Shown in pieces: positions 24,784-32,720 of a DNA stretch of 64,000 nt (position 1 is its first letter; every line of letters begins with the position of its first letter). Position numbers and translations under genes: made by a program. The stretch is from a virus. The notes beneath the pieces are model-generated. The model was given only the letters and a program-made list of their open reading frames with translations, was not told where the DNA came from and did not search any database. The DNA is taken from IMG/VR virus record IMGVR_UViG_3300035494_000060, positions 1 to 64,000 of that record. The stretch is one strand, 5' to 3'.

Positions 24784-25898
24784 TCATCACCCTTGGCGGA
24801 CAGGGCGGCTCGGGCTGCGCCAGCGCGACTTCTTGCGTAGCCTCGGACATCGGCCATGTCCTGCATGAACTCGTCTTTCCCGGCGCCGTTGCTGATTGTT
24901 TCCAGGGACTGCGCAGCATCGGCCAGCGCTTCCACCAGCCCACTCTGCTCCGGCTGCGGGGCGGTCTTGGACTCCAACGCCCTGACGCCAAGTTCTAGCG
25001 CCTCGCCGCGCGCTTTCTTGATCGGCGCCTCGGCGGCTTCTGCCAGCACCTTCGGGTCGGCTCCGCGCTGATGCAGCATCATGGCGAAGTTGGCCACGTC
25101 TTCGAATGTGCCGGCGTTGCCTTTGCCCAGGTGCTCGACCAGCAGCTGCGCAAGGAACTCGACGCTGCATACGTTCGGATCATCCCAGCCTCCTCGGCCC
25201 TTGGCACGAGACTTCGCCAGCTTGGCCTTCATGGCGGCGGCGAAGCGGTCGACGGCTGCATCGTCTGGATGCTGCGGGGCGGTCTGCGCGATGGGGGCGG
25301 CGTAGAGTGGGAATGTCCAGTGCGCACAAGCCTTGCGCGACCATGTAAGCCCGCCAGGTGACGGCTTGCGCCTCCCTTCAAGTTCATCTACGACCATTGG
25401 ATTGATGAAAACGAGCGGCTGCTGCTCGGTCTGCGCGATGGGGGCCACGTCGCCCGCTTTCAGCTCGTTCGGCCCAAGGGTCGGGTCCTCTACCACGGTG
25501 ATACCACAGACCTCGCGTGTCACCGGCGCAATGGGGTAGAACTTGCCCGGGCGTTCCGTAATCTCCCCCACCTTGAAATCGCTCAGGGCCCACTGACTGC
25601 CGGACCAGAAGAGGACCCGCTCAGGTGACACCTTGTACCACCCGAACTCGGTGCAATGGGTAGCCCCCGGCGGCACGATGGGGGCAGGCTGAGGGCGCTC
25701 ATACAGAGGGTGCAACCTGGCTACCCCAGCCTCGGGCGACACCGACGAGTTCCAGGCCAGGGCCCAGTCCTCACAGCTTGAGCGACTGCCCTCGTGCACA
25801 CGCCTTCCATTCACGCGCACCAGGTAGGTAGAGGGCTTCAACGTCTGTTCGCACCCGCAATGCGTCGGGTGTCCTTGCGGCATTTGGCAGTTAGGCAT
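24780..25898 (-). CDS. hypothetical protein (372 aa) with an internal repeat
   Basis: ORF-track 372 aa. 18-nt perfect direct repeat at 25281..25298 and 25428..25445 (APIAQT motif twice). Confidence 0.65.
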   Translation of the reverse strand: MPNCQMPQGHPTHCGCEQTLKPSTYLVRVNGRRVHEGSRSSCEDWALAWNSSVSPEAGVARLHPLYERPQPAPIVPPGATHCTEFGWYKVSPERVLFWSGSQWALSDFKVGEITERPGKFYPIAPVTREVCGITVVEDPTLGPNELKAGDVAPIAQTEQQPLVFINPMVVDELEGRRKPSPGGLTWSRKACAHWTFPLYAAPIAQTAPQHPDDAAVDRFAAAMKAKLAKSRAKGRGGWDDPNVCSVEFLAQLLVEHLGKGNAGTFEDVANFAMMLHQRGADPKVLAEAAEAPIKKARGEALELGVRALESKTAPQPEQSGLVEALADAAQSLETISNGAGKDEFMQDMADVRGYARSRAGAARAALSAKGDE

Positions 25899-26238
25899 CG
25901 TCGTTCTCCGGGTCGAGGATGGTCAGTACGGCGTCCAGCTGTTCCATGGTGTACTGGATGTCATGGCGGCGCATCAGGTTGCGCAATCGGGTCTGCTTGG
26001 CCACCCGCTCCTGCTCTCTGTGGTACTCCTCCCAGCTGGGCCACAGGGTGCCAGGGCTTGAGTAACCTCGGCCATCCATGCGCCCGGTGTGGATGTCGAA
26101 GCGGGCATTGATGTACCCGGCACCGGAGAGGCCAGCCCACTTGCGACCCAGGCTGGTGATGGTGACCTCCATGGCGGGGCGTCTACTGTCATTCGGGACC
26201 AGAATCATGGTCTGGCCTATGTGGTACTTCTGCATCAT
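25891..26238 (-). CDS. hypothetical protein
   Basis: ORF-track 115 aa. ATGA overlap with the small upstream ORF. Confidence 0.55.
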   Translation of the reverse strand: MMQKYHIGQTMILVPNDSRRPAMEVTITSLGRKWAGLSGAGYINARFDIHTGRMDGRGYSSPGTLWPSWEEYHREQERVAKQTRLRNLMRRHDIQYTMEQLDAVLTILDPENDDA

Positions 26239-26366
26239 CGGTTCCCCCTACAGCGGCACGGGTAGCCCTTCCGATTGAAGGTCCCGCAGTGGTGGCATTC
26301 AATCCGCCCATGGCGGGACAGGGCCCGCAGCACCCGGTACAACCAATCCCCCAGCCGGCTCAGCAT
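26235..26366 (-). CDS. small Cys-rich protein (43 aa, below the ORF-track cutoff)
   Basis: Hand-translated MLSRLGDWLYRVLRALSRHGRIECHHCGTFNRKGYPCRCRGNR. Coupled to neighbouring genes at both ends. Confidence 0.35.
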   Translation of the reverse strand: MLSRLGDWLYRVLRALSRHGRIECHHCGTFNRKGYPCRCRGNR

Positions 26367-26437
26367 GGCAGGCCGCCTGGAGTCGTGGTGTGGCAATACA
26401 CGTCGATCCTCAGGTCATTGGGGTTCAGCGCTTTCAT
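26360..26437 (-). CDS. 25-codon leader ORF
   Basis: ATG 26437 after CATGGAGGGTACTG, immediately downstream of P13. MKALNPNDLRIDVYCHTTTPGGLPC. Confidence 0.25.
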   Translation of the reverse strand: MKALNPNDLRIDVYCHTTTPGGLPC

Positions 26438-26470
26438 CAGTACCCTCCATGGGTGTTGGCCGATAGAGTC

Positions 26471-26499
26471 AGTCTCCCCTACCGGCCTTTGTTCGTCAA
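26471..26499 (-). promoter_or_regulatory. conserved sigma70-like promoter P13
   Basis: TTGACG-N17-GAGACT. A palindrome lies 7 bp upstream. Confidence 0.7.
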
Positions 26500-26506
26500 G
26501 TAGTTG

Positions 26507-26520
26507 TGCAATTGATTGCA
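26507..26520. repeat. 14-bp palindrome copy
   Basis: TGCAATTGATTGCA (perfect arms), 7 bp upstream of the P13 -35. Confidence 0.9.
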
Positions 26521-26895
26521 CTACGCACGGGGCAACGCCCTGGAGCACGACACCCCAAAGTAGGCCATCTCATACTCAGAGGTCTGGCGCGGGTTCCAGG
26601 GCAACGGCGTGTCGCCATCCCACTTGCCGCACAAGTCCTCAGCACTTTCGAGCAGGGCTTCCACGGCCCAGTCCTCGTTGATGATCTCCTGGACCTCGGC
26701 CAGGGCGGCAATGTCGACCCCGGCGGCGATCAGTTCGTCCCCGCAGATACGTTCACGCAACTGGGCCAGCACGGCCCCGCAGGAGACCCCCTTCTGGGTG
26801 ACCACGGCAATCACGTGCATCTGCACAGGGGGCGGGCCGGCGTTGATGCTCTGCTGACCCAGGAAGACAAGGCGCAGTTCGAAGGGGCGGCTCAT
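26521..26895 (-). CDS. hypothetical protein
   Basis: C-terminal part of the composite ORF 26521..27429. Start ATG 26895 has an ATGA overlap with 26892..27173. Confidence 0.5.
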   Translation of the reverse strand: MSRPFELRLVFLGQQSINAGPPPVQMHVIAVVTQKGVSCGAVLAQLRERICGDELIAAGVDIAALAEVQEIINEDWAVEALLESAEDLCGKWDGDTPLPWNPRQTSEYEMAYFGVSCSRALPRA

Positions 26896-27173
26896 GCGAC
26901 CTCCTGAATCACTTCGTCGGCGGAACGGTCCCAGGCGGCGGACGCCGAGAGGCCCTTGGACTTGCTGACCCAGTTCAGCAGCTCGCACGCGGTCATGCGC
27001 GTGTCTACCCACAGCAGGGTATGGTCTTCTAGGTAGGCCCCACGGTTTTCTACCCCTTCGGTGGTAGCCAGCGAACGCAGACGCTTGGCCAGGGTGGCGG
27101 CGCAGCCCGGGCTCACGGCCAGGGCCAGGCGGTTGATGGGGGCGGTGTACAGCGATTTGATGCGGACGGCCAT
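26892..27173 (-). CDS. hypothetical protein with MAVRIK N-terminus
   Basis: ORF-track 93 aa. Confidence 0.55.
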   Translation of the reverse strand: MAVRIKSLYTAPINRLALAVSPGCAATLAKRLRSLATTEGVENRGAYLEDHTLLWVDTRMTACELLNWVSKSKGLSASAAWDRSADEVIQEVA

Positions 27174-27194
27174 CGGCGCGCTCCTTTTCTCGGG

Positions 27195-27380
27195 TTACTT
27201 GGCTTCGGTGAGCTGGACTTCCAGGTTCAGGCCCTGGTGGTGGATGAAGTGGAACTGGCCCGCTCGATAGAGGCGATACCACTGGCCCGCCAGCTGCACC
27301 ATGTAGCCGCTGGACTGGACGTCGCGGTTCTTGTGCGCTTTCAGGGGCAGCCGGGTGCCGTCGAAATGGGCCTGGGTCAT
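27195..27380 (-). CDS. hypothetical small protein
   Basis: ORF 27195..27515, start reset to ATG 27380 (ATGA overlap). Confidence 0.45.
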   Translation of the reverse strand: MTQAHFDGTRLPLKAHKNRDVQSSGYMVQLAGQWYRLYRAGQFHFIHHQGLNLEVQLTEAK

Positions 27381-27802
27381 ACGCCGTCCTCGTCGCCCTC
27401 TTCGGCAGAGGTCTCCTGGACTTCTGCAATCAGTTGCACCGCCGCGATCCGCGCATAGACGTCGCCCAGGGGTCGGCCCCGGGTAGGGCTGAACACGCGG
27501 CAGGTGTAGAAGCACCCATTCAGGTCCGGCTCCCGCTCGGGCAAGCGCGTACCGTGGACGTCGAAGTAGCGGGCATCATGGGGGCAGTGGTGGTTCGGGC
27601 GCCGGTACACGCCGTCCTGGCTCTCCTCGATCTTCTCGTCACACAGCCCCAGGTTGCACTCGGTGTACTTGTCGCCCACGGCGTCGGAGTCCTCCCCGGT
27701 CAGCGGCAGGCGGTCGCGGGCTCGCTGCTTGAGGTCCAACAGGGACTGGTTGTAGCTGGCATCGGATTGGTACAGCGGCAGCTTGCTGATGTCACGGCTC
27801 AT
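27377..27802 (-). CDS. hypothetical protein
   Basis: ORF-track 141 aa. ATGA overlap upstream. Confidence 0.55.
   Translation of the reverse strand: MSRDISKLPLYQSDASYNQSLLDLKQRARDRLPLTGEDSDAVGDKYTECNLGLCDEKIEESQDGVYRRPNHHCPHDARYFDVHGTRLPEREPDLNGCFYTCRVFSPTRGRPLGDVYARIAAVQLIAEVQETSAEEGDEDGV
27425..27438. repeat. 14-bp palindrome copy
   Basis: TGCAATCAGTTGCA inside 27377..27802, read as V-Q-L-I-A. Confidence 0.9.
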
Positions 27803-28149
27803 GGCGTGGTTCCTTCAGGTTGGGCGGTGGATTGGGCGCGCTGCTCGGCCCCCAGTTCGCGCACGATGCGGCTCAGGGCCGTGTCTATGTGGTCGTCTTG
27901 CAGGCCGGCGGCGTACACGCTGTTGATCCAGGTCTGGCCATCCACGTGGCTCGGCTCCAGCAGGCGCGGCTGGGTGCGCCAGCGCGGGTGATCATCCGCA
28001 AAGGAGCGCTGGGCGTTGACCTCGTGGAACACGGTGTAGATCGACGTCCTGGCCAGCTGGTCCACGGGGCAGAGCACGTGGTACTTCTCGCGCAGGAGCA
28101 GGGCCATGTCTGCCTTCAGCTGGTTGAACATCGGTAATGGCATCTTCAT
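27799..28149 (-). CDS. hypothetical protein
   Basis: ORF-track 116 aa. CATGGAGGGATACCACGATG. Lies downstream of P14. Confidence 0.6.
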   Translation of the reverse strand: MKMPLPMFNQLKADMALLLREKYHVLCPVDQLARTSIYTVFHEVNAQRSFADDHPRWRTQPRLLEPSHVDGQTWINSVYAAGLQDDHIDTALSRIVRELGAEQRAQSTAQPEGTTP

Positions 28150-28192
28150 CGTGGTATCCCTCCATGTGGCGTGTGATTCGCCGTAGGCCCCT

Positions 28193-28222
28193 ATTCTCCC
28201 GCACCCGCCCCTTGTTTGTCAA
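28193..28222 (-). promoter_or_regulatory. conserved sigma70-like promoter P14
   Basis: TTGACA-N18-GAGAAT. A palindrome lies 10 bp upstream. Confidence 0.65.
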
Positions 28223-28232
28223 GTGGTGGTGG

Positions 28233-28246
28233 TGCAGTTAATTGCA
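28233..28246. repeat. 14-bp palindrome copy
   Basis: TGCAGTTAATTGCA, 10 bp upstream of the P14 -35. Confidence 0.9.
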
Positions 28247-28495
28247 CTAGCGGACGGCGCAGAAGTCGCTGCGCACCTCGTACTGGCAGCGCACCTTCAT
28301 GCCAGGGCGCAGGGTGTGCGGGAGGGGGCACTTCACCACGTGGCGCACCTGAAGCCAGGGGCACACGTGCTGAGGTTGGATAGGTTCCCGGCGGACCTCC
28401 GCCAGGACGGGCGCTCCCAGCTGAAACGCCAGGGCTGTGAGGTAGACCGCCAGGGCGGTGCCTGCAAGTTGCCAGCTGAGGTACTGGGAGCGCAT
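28247..28495 (-). CDS. hypothetical membrane protein
   Basis: ORF-track 82 aa. Hydrophobic N-terminus. Starts 4 nt after the dUTPase stop. Confidence 0.4.
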   Translation of the reverse strand: MRSQYLSWQLAGTALAVYLTALAFQLGAPVLAEVRREPIQPQHVCPWLQVRHVVKCPLPHTLRPGMKVRCQYEVRSDFCAVR

Positions 28496-28498
28496 GGG

Positions 28499-28927
28499 TC
28501 AGGCCTTCCCTGTCGAGCCCAGGCCGCCTTCACCGCGCGGGGTGTCGGACAGCTCCTCGACCTCCTCCAGCTCTTCGCTGAAGTAGTCGACGATGGTCAG
28601 CTGGGCAATGCGCTCGCCCGCTTCGATGGTGTAGGCCAGGGCGCCGGTGTTGTGCAGGATCGCCTTCACCTCGCCCCGGTAGTCGGAGTCGATGTTGCCG
28701 GGGGCATTGACGATGGTGATGCCATGCTTGTGCGCCAGCCCTGAGCGGGGGCAGAGCAGCCCCACCTTGCCCCCCGGGATTTCCCAGGCGAAGCCCGTGC
28801 CCAGGGTCATCCGCTCGCCGCCTTGCAGGGTGTAGCCCTCCACGGTGCGCAGGTCGTAGCCGGCGGCGTGGGCGCTGGCGCGGGAGGGAAGGGGCAGGTC
28901 ATGGCTGCCGATACGCTTGATCTTCAT
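28499..28927 (-). CDS. dut: dUTP diphosphatase (trimeric dUTPase)
   Basis: ORF 28499..28951, start reset to ATG 28927 after AGGAG. AAGYDL, PRSGLAHKHGI, GNIDSDYRGEV, RIAQL. Confidence 0.9.
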   Translation of the reverse strand: MKIKRIGSHDLPLPSRASAHAAGYDLRTVEGYTLQGGERMTLGTGFAWEIPGGKVGLLCPRSGLAHKHGITIVNAPGNIDSDYRGEVKAILHNTGALAYTIEAGERIAQLTIVDYFSEELEEVEELSDTPRGEGGLGSTGKA

Positions 28928-28947
28928 GGTGTCTCCTCGATGGTTGT

Positions 28948-29250
28948 TCAAATGGCCCGTCCACCACGCTGGTGGTAGGCCAACAGGCGGGCCGCAGTCT
29001 CCTTGACCCAGGCGTCTGCCGGCAAGTGGTAGCCGGTGGAGCCGTCGAAGTCCTTGAAGGCCTCGTCATAGAAGCCAATCTCGCACCAGCCCCATTTGGC
29101 CAGATCGTTGGCCCACTCCTGCCAGCGGTCATCACTGACGATGGCCTCGTCCAGGTGGTAGTAGAGGTAGGAGTGGATCAGCATCTGTGACCGGCGGCGC
29201 TTGATCAGCTCGGGGGTCACTCGCTCCTTTCGCTTGATGGTGACCGCCAT
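28948..29250 (-). CDS. hypothetical protein with MAVTIKRK N-terminus
   Basis: ORF-track 100 aa. Confidence 0.6.
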   Translation of the reverse strand: MAVTIKRKERVTPELIKRRRSQMLIHSYLYYHLDEAIVSDDRWQEWANDLAKWGWCEIGFYDEAFKDFDGSTGYHLPADAWVKETAARLLAYHQRGGRAI

Positions 29251-29252
29251 GG

Positions 29253-29447
29253 CTACACGGCCCCCCGTTTGGTGTAGGAACGAATCAGCCGTTCGGTGTC
29301 ATCCTGGCGCTGCCGCAGCGTGCACTCGGCGTGCTCGGTGAACAGGCTGGTGTAATAGGCCGCTGGCTTGCCGGTGACGTCCTTGGCCGCCCGCTCTGCT
29401 GCGCTGGGTTTCAGGACTACTGGCCGCCCACACAGGGTGCAGTTCAT
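29253..29447 (-). CDS. hypothetical small protein
   Basis: ORF 29253..29519, start reset to ATG 29447 (ATGA overlap). MNCTLCGRP. Confidence 0.45.
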   Translation of the reverse strand: MNCTLCGRPVVLKPSAAERAAKDVTGKPAAYYTSLFTEHAECTLRQRQDDTERLIRSYTKRGAV

Positions 29448-29707
29448 ACCGCCTCCGCCTTCTTGATGGCGGCACGGGCGCGCTTGGCTTCGTTCCAATC
29501 GCGGTCGGGTTGAACGCAATTCAGCAACTCCTTGCAGGAGGCCAAGAGGTCGTCCGCTGCCAGGGCGGCCTTGGGCTTAACCCGGCTGTCGAGGGCGGCG
29601 CACACGGCGGCATGCTGGTCCAGGGTGACACTGCCGGACTGGGTGGAGCTGTAGCCGCTCGCCGCCTTCAGCGTGTAGCGGTAGGTGGCTGGTTCAGGTT
29701 TCGACAT
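29444..29707 (-). CDS. hypothetical protein
   Basis: ORF-track 87 aa. Confidence 0.5.
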   Translation of the reverse strand: MSKPEPATYRYTLKAASGYSSTQSGSVTLDQHAAVCAALDSRVKPKAALAADDLLASCKELLNCVQPDRDWNEAKRARAAIKKAEAV

Positions 29708-29747
29708 GACGCTCTCCTTGAAGGGGGGCGCACGGCCCCCTGTAGGG

Positions 29748-29999
29748 TTATTGGAAGTGGGTTCCGAGGAAGACTTCCTCAGCGACGGCGACCTGCTGGG
29801 TGTAGGTCAGGGCCCGGAACTCGGCCAGCTCGCCCGCGTCGGCGCGTCCCATGAGTTCCAGGCGGTCGGCGTCCAGCACCAGCTCGATCACCGTGGCGCG
29901 GGGTACAGCGGTCAGCTCCGGCTGGGCGGCGAAGACGTCATACCCCACCTGCTGCCAGACCCGCTCCATCGCCCGCTTTACCGATTCGAATTTGCCCAT
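29748..29999 (-). CDS. hypothetical protein
   Basis: ORF-track 83 aa. CATGGAGGGACACTAGATG. Lies downstream of P15. Confidence 0.6.
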   Translation of the reverse strand: MGKFESVKRAMERVWQQVGYDVFAAQPELTAVPRATVIELVLDADRLELMGRADAGELAEFRALTYTQQVAVAEEVFLGTHFQ

Positions 30000-30046
30000 C
30001 TAGTGTCCCTCCATGAGGGCCGGGGGTGATCCCCGGCCGCAGACAC

Positions 30047-30075
30047 AGTATCTCGCACCGCCCTATGTTCGTCAA
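30047..30075 (-). promoter_or_regulatory. conserved sigma70-like promoter P15
   Basis: TTGACG-N17-GATACT. A palindrome lies 8 bp upstream. Confidence 0.65.
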
Positions 30076-30083
30076 GCGGTTGG

Positions 30084-30097
30084 TGCAATTGATTGCA
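30084..30097. repeat. 14-bp palindrome copy
   Basis: TGCAATTGATTGCA (perfect arms), 8 bp upstream of the P15 -35. Confidence 0.9.
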
Positions 30098-30099
30098 CG

Positions 30100-30348
30100 C
30101 TAATCTGGGATGCCTTCCAGCAGCAGGTCTACCTTGCGCAGCAGCTCCAGGCGCCGCGCTGGGCCACCCATCGGGCCCTCGGCCAGGACCTCCTGGGCCT
30201 GGACCAGCAGCGCGTACATGGCCGGCGCCATGTGGCAGACCCTGAAATACTCGTTTGGGCTCAGGGCTTCGAAGGCGCTGTTCCGCACGGCCACCATTTC
30301 GGCGTTGTGCTGGGCGTGGTTGGGGTACTCGTGGCTATCGCTGGGCAT
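30100..30348 (-). CDS. hypothetical protein
   Basis: ORF-track 82 aa. Confidence 0.5.
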   Translation of the reverse strand: MPSDSHEYPNHAQHNAEMVAVRNSAFEALSPNEYFRVCHMAPAMYALLVQAQEVLAEGPMGGPARRLELLRKVDLLLEGIPD

Positions 30349-30351
30349 GGG

Positions 30352-31017
30352 TCAATTTCCCGTGGATGGGTTGCGGAGGACTTGGCTGTGGCCTGTCAGG
30401 GGGAAGAGGCGGACGATCAGTTCGTCCCCGGCCTCAGCGTCCTTCAGGTAGCGCGTAGCCTCCTGCTCAACGCTGATGAACATGGCCAGAACCTCGGCGC
30501 GGGTCAGGTAGCGCCAGCGCTGGGCGGCCTTGCGGTAGCCCCGGCGCATCCAGTGCAGGGTTAGGCGCAGGGCCTCCTGGGCGCGGTCGACGTCCAGGGG
30601 TTCATCCTGCATCGAGAGGACCTCGCTGTGCATGACCGCCAGGGTGCGCTCCGCCAGCTGCTGCAACCGATCCTCGTCTCCCTCCTCCCACAAGTGGGGG
30701 CTGCGGGTCGGTGCCACGTCCATGTCCCGCTCCAGCAGGAAGTAGGCCAGATCATGCGACATGTTCTCCGAGAAGCGGGTCTCTCGCCGGCCGGTCTCGG
30801 CCCAGTAGTTGGCCATGTCGTCCCCCCGGATGTAGAGGGCGGCGCCAAAGGCCAGCAGTTCCGACTCCAGGGTTCCGTCGAGGTCGAAATGCTCCATGGC
30901 ATCGTGGGCGACCCCCAGGCCGCTGCTGGGTTCGAAACACTCGGGCGCGCCGGCTATCTGCCAGCCTTCGATGCCGCTCGGATGGGTGTCGCAGAAGGTG
31001 AAGCGCTTGCTGATCAT
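30352..31017 (-). CDS. hypothetical protein (221 aa)
   Basis: ORF 30352..31068, start reset to ATG 31017 after CATGGAGGGGCCCAAC. Lies downstream of P16. Confidence 0.65.
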   Translation of the reverse strand: MISKRFTFCDTHPSGIEGWQIAGAPECFEPSSGLGVAHDAMEHFDLDGTLESELLAFGAALYIRGDDMANYWAETGRRETRFSENMSHDLAYFLLERDMDVAPTRSPHLWEEGDEDRLQQLAERTLAVMHSEVLSMQDEPLDVDRAQEALRLTLHWMRRGYRKAAQRWRYLTRAEVLAMFISVEQEATRYLKDAEAGDELIVRLFPLTGHSQVLRNPSTGN

Positions 31018-31050
31018 GTTGGGCCCCTCCATGTGGGTGGTGATGGGGAG

Positions 31051-31079
31051 ATTCTCGCCTCCCCCCATGCGTTCGTCAA
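31051..31079 (-). promoter_or_regulatory. conserved sigma70-like promoter P16
   Basis: TTGACG-N17-GAGAAT. Confidence 0.7.
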
Positions 31080-31086
31080 GCGGTGG

Positions 31087-31266
31087 TTACTCGTTCACGC
31101 CCAGGACCGGAGGCTGCCCGTACCACAGATGGCGCTCCACGACGGTGGACTCGATGCCATCCGCCACCAGGGCATCGCTGAAGCGCTGGGCATCCTCGGG
31201 ATGGGCGAACACGGCATAGATGCGGCCCGGGCAGTTGCCGGTGTCTTCTACCAGATGGACGTTCAT
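31087..31266 (-). CDS. hypothetical small protein (59 aa, below the ORF-track cutoff)
   Basis: Hand-translated MNVHLVEDTGNCPGRIYAVFAHPEDAQRF...GVNE. ATGA overlap with the RNase H stop. Confidence 0.45.
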   Translation of the reverse strand: MNVHLVEDTGNCPGRIYAVFAHPEDAQRFSDALVADGIESTVVERHLWYGQPPVLGVNE

Positions 31267-31784
31267 AAGGTCTCCTTGCAGTTAATTGCATTCGGGTACA
31301 GCAGCTTGTCGCGCTGGCGGCGCATGTGCTTCCTCGCCTCGTTGTCGCACCAGGTGTTGACCCAGTTGCGCGGGGTGCCGATGCCCTTATGGGCGGGCAC
31401 ATGGTTGATCTTGAGCCAGCAGTCCCAGGCGTCGAGCTGAGCCAGGGCGTCAGCCACCACACGCCCCACCTCCGGGATGGCCATGGACGCGGTGTAGCTC
31501 TCCAGCGCCTGCTTCACCCCCAGGCAGTCGACCACCAGCACCAGCCGGGTGGACCGGCCCCGCTCCAGGCGGCGGGCGAACTCGTTCTCGCCGGCCAGCT
31601 CCTGAATGGCGGTGCAGGCGGCCAGGATTTCCGCGCTATTGGAATCCGGGGCAATCAGGGCAAAGGCCCGCTGCAAGCGCAGGTCGCCATCCCCGCGTGC
31701 CCAAAAGGCGCCACCGGCGGCCTTGGTCTGCGGGCAATGGCTGGCGTCGGTGAAGACGGTGATGTTCTCGATGCTCACTCGCAA
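31263..31784 (-). CDS. RNase H-like nuclease
   Basis: VFTDASH, SAEILAACTAI, LVVDCLG, HVPAHKG...NTWCDNEA. This D-E-D-D arrangement is typical of RNase HI. Confidence 0.7.
   Translation of the reverse strand: MRVSIENITVFTDASHCPQTKAAGGAFWARGDGDLRLQRAFALIAPDSNSAEILAACTAIQELAGENEFARRLERGRSTRLVLVVDCLGVKQALESYTASMAIPEVGRVVADALAQLDAWDCWLKINHVPAHKGIGTPRNWVNTWCDNEARKHMRRQRDKLLYPNAINCKETL
31277..31290. repeat. 14-bp palindrome copy
   Basis: TGCAGTTAATTGCA at the RNase H 3' end, read as A-I-N-C-K. Confidence 0.9.
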
Positions 31785-32119
31785 CCCTCCAGCTGTTCGC
31801 AGAGCCAGACCAGCAGGCGCATCCTGGCACGGCCATACTCAGTTTTCTGATCCCACTGGCAACCGAGGAAGCAGCCCTCGGAGTACGCCATGAAGGCCGG
31901 GTCCGGGTGCAACCCCTCCATGCCATATCCGGGGACGGTGTAGTCAGCCCGTCCCGTGCCCTCTGGCCACTTCTCCAGCAGCGGGCCCAACAGGCGGTAG
32001 GCTGCGGGGGACACCCGCTGGGCCTGCACGGCGCGGCAGATGCCATGCGCTGGCACGCGGGAGGTCGGCTGGTAGCGGACGGTCTGAAGGGCCGCCAACA
32101 GTTCCTGCTCGGGGCTCAT
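31775..32119 (-). CDS. hypothetical protein (paralogue of 32116..32511)
   Basis: ORF 31775..32197, start reset to ATG 32119 (ATGA overlap). Shared C-terminal pattern TEYG.xR..LL.WL...LE. Confidence 0.55.
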   Translation of the reverse strand: MSPEQELLAALQTVRYQPTSRVPAHGICRAVQAQRVSPAAYRLLGPLLEKWPEGTGRADYTVPGYGMEGLHPDPAFMAYSEGCFLGCQWDQKTEYGRARMRLLVWLCEQLEGCE

Positions 32120-32511
32120 ACGTGGTCCTCCAGGGTGGTGATCAGCCATTCCAACAGTTCCCAGCGCAGCTGGCCGTACTCGGTACTGACGTCCCACATG
32201 TTCGGGTCCTCCTTGTAGAGGGTCTCGTCAAATATCCGCATGGAGTGGGTCGGCATGCCGCAGTCATAGCGCTTCTCGTCGCACCCGGCATCCTGGCGGG
32301 ACGGTGGGATCGGGTACACCGGGTCACCGCTGTAGAGGGGCCAAAGGGTCACCAGGCCGGAGAGCACGAGGGTCCGGCAGTAGCGGTGCACAGGCCCCAG
32401 CTGCGCGTCGACGTTGGCGCAGAGGCCCATTTCAAGGTCTAGGGTCTCGGGGTTGTCCTTCAGTGACTTCAGGGCGGCCAGGACTCGGGCGGCTGCGGTG
32501 GGTTGACTCAC
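32116..32511 (-). CDS. hypothetical protein (paralogue of 31775..32119)
   Basis: ORF-track 131 aa. ATGA overlap upstream. Confidence 0.55.
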   Translation of the reverse strand: MSQPTAAARVLAALKSLKDNPETLDLEMGLCANVDAQLGPVHRYCRTLVLSGLVTLWPLYSGDPVYPIPPSRQDAGCDEKRYDCGMPTHSMRIFDETLYKEDPNMWDVSTEYGQLRWELLEWLITTLEDHV

Positions 32512-32720
32512 GGTTGACCTCCATTGATCAGGTGCTCGGCCTCGCAGATTTCCGCCTGCTCCAGGGCATTCGGACCTTCAAAGGCGCGGTTACAGATGCT
32601 ACAGCTATGCGGGGTGGGCTCGGGGGCCTTGGTCCCCCACACCAGGGCGAACACGATCCCGAGGATCGCCAGGATGCCCAGCGTCTCCAGGGCGAGCTGG
32701 AAGTAGTCCCCCGGGGTCAT
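32508..32720 (-). CDS. small membrane protein with a Cys motif
   Basis: ORF-track 70 aa. LGILAILGIVFALVWG. ATGA overlap. Confidence 0.5.
   Translation of the reverse strand: MTPGDYFQLALETLGILAILGIVFALVWGTKAPEPTPHSCSICNRAFEGPNALEQAEICEAEHLINGGQP

Noticed and set aside
26521-27429. Long minus-strand composite ORFs in the track: 26521..27429 (302 aa), 10988..11602, 19264..20370, 33618..34364, 48922..49755 and 47389..48681.
   Set aside because: Only their C-terminal parts look like real genes, judged by an RBS or ATGA coupling at an internal ATG. The N-terminal extensions overlap better-supported genes in other frames and are Pro/Arg/Gly-rich.
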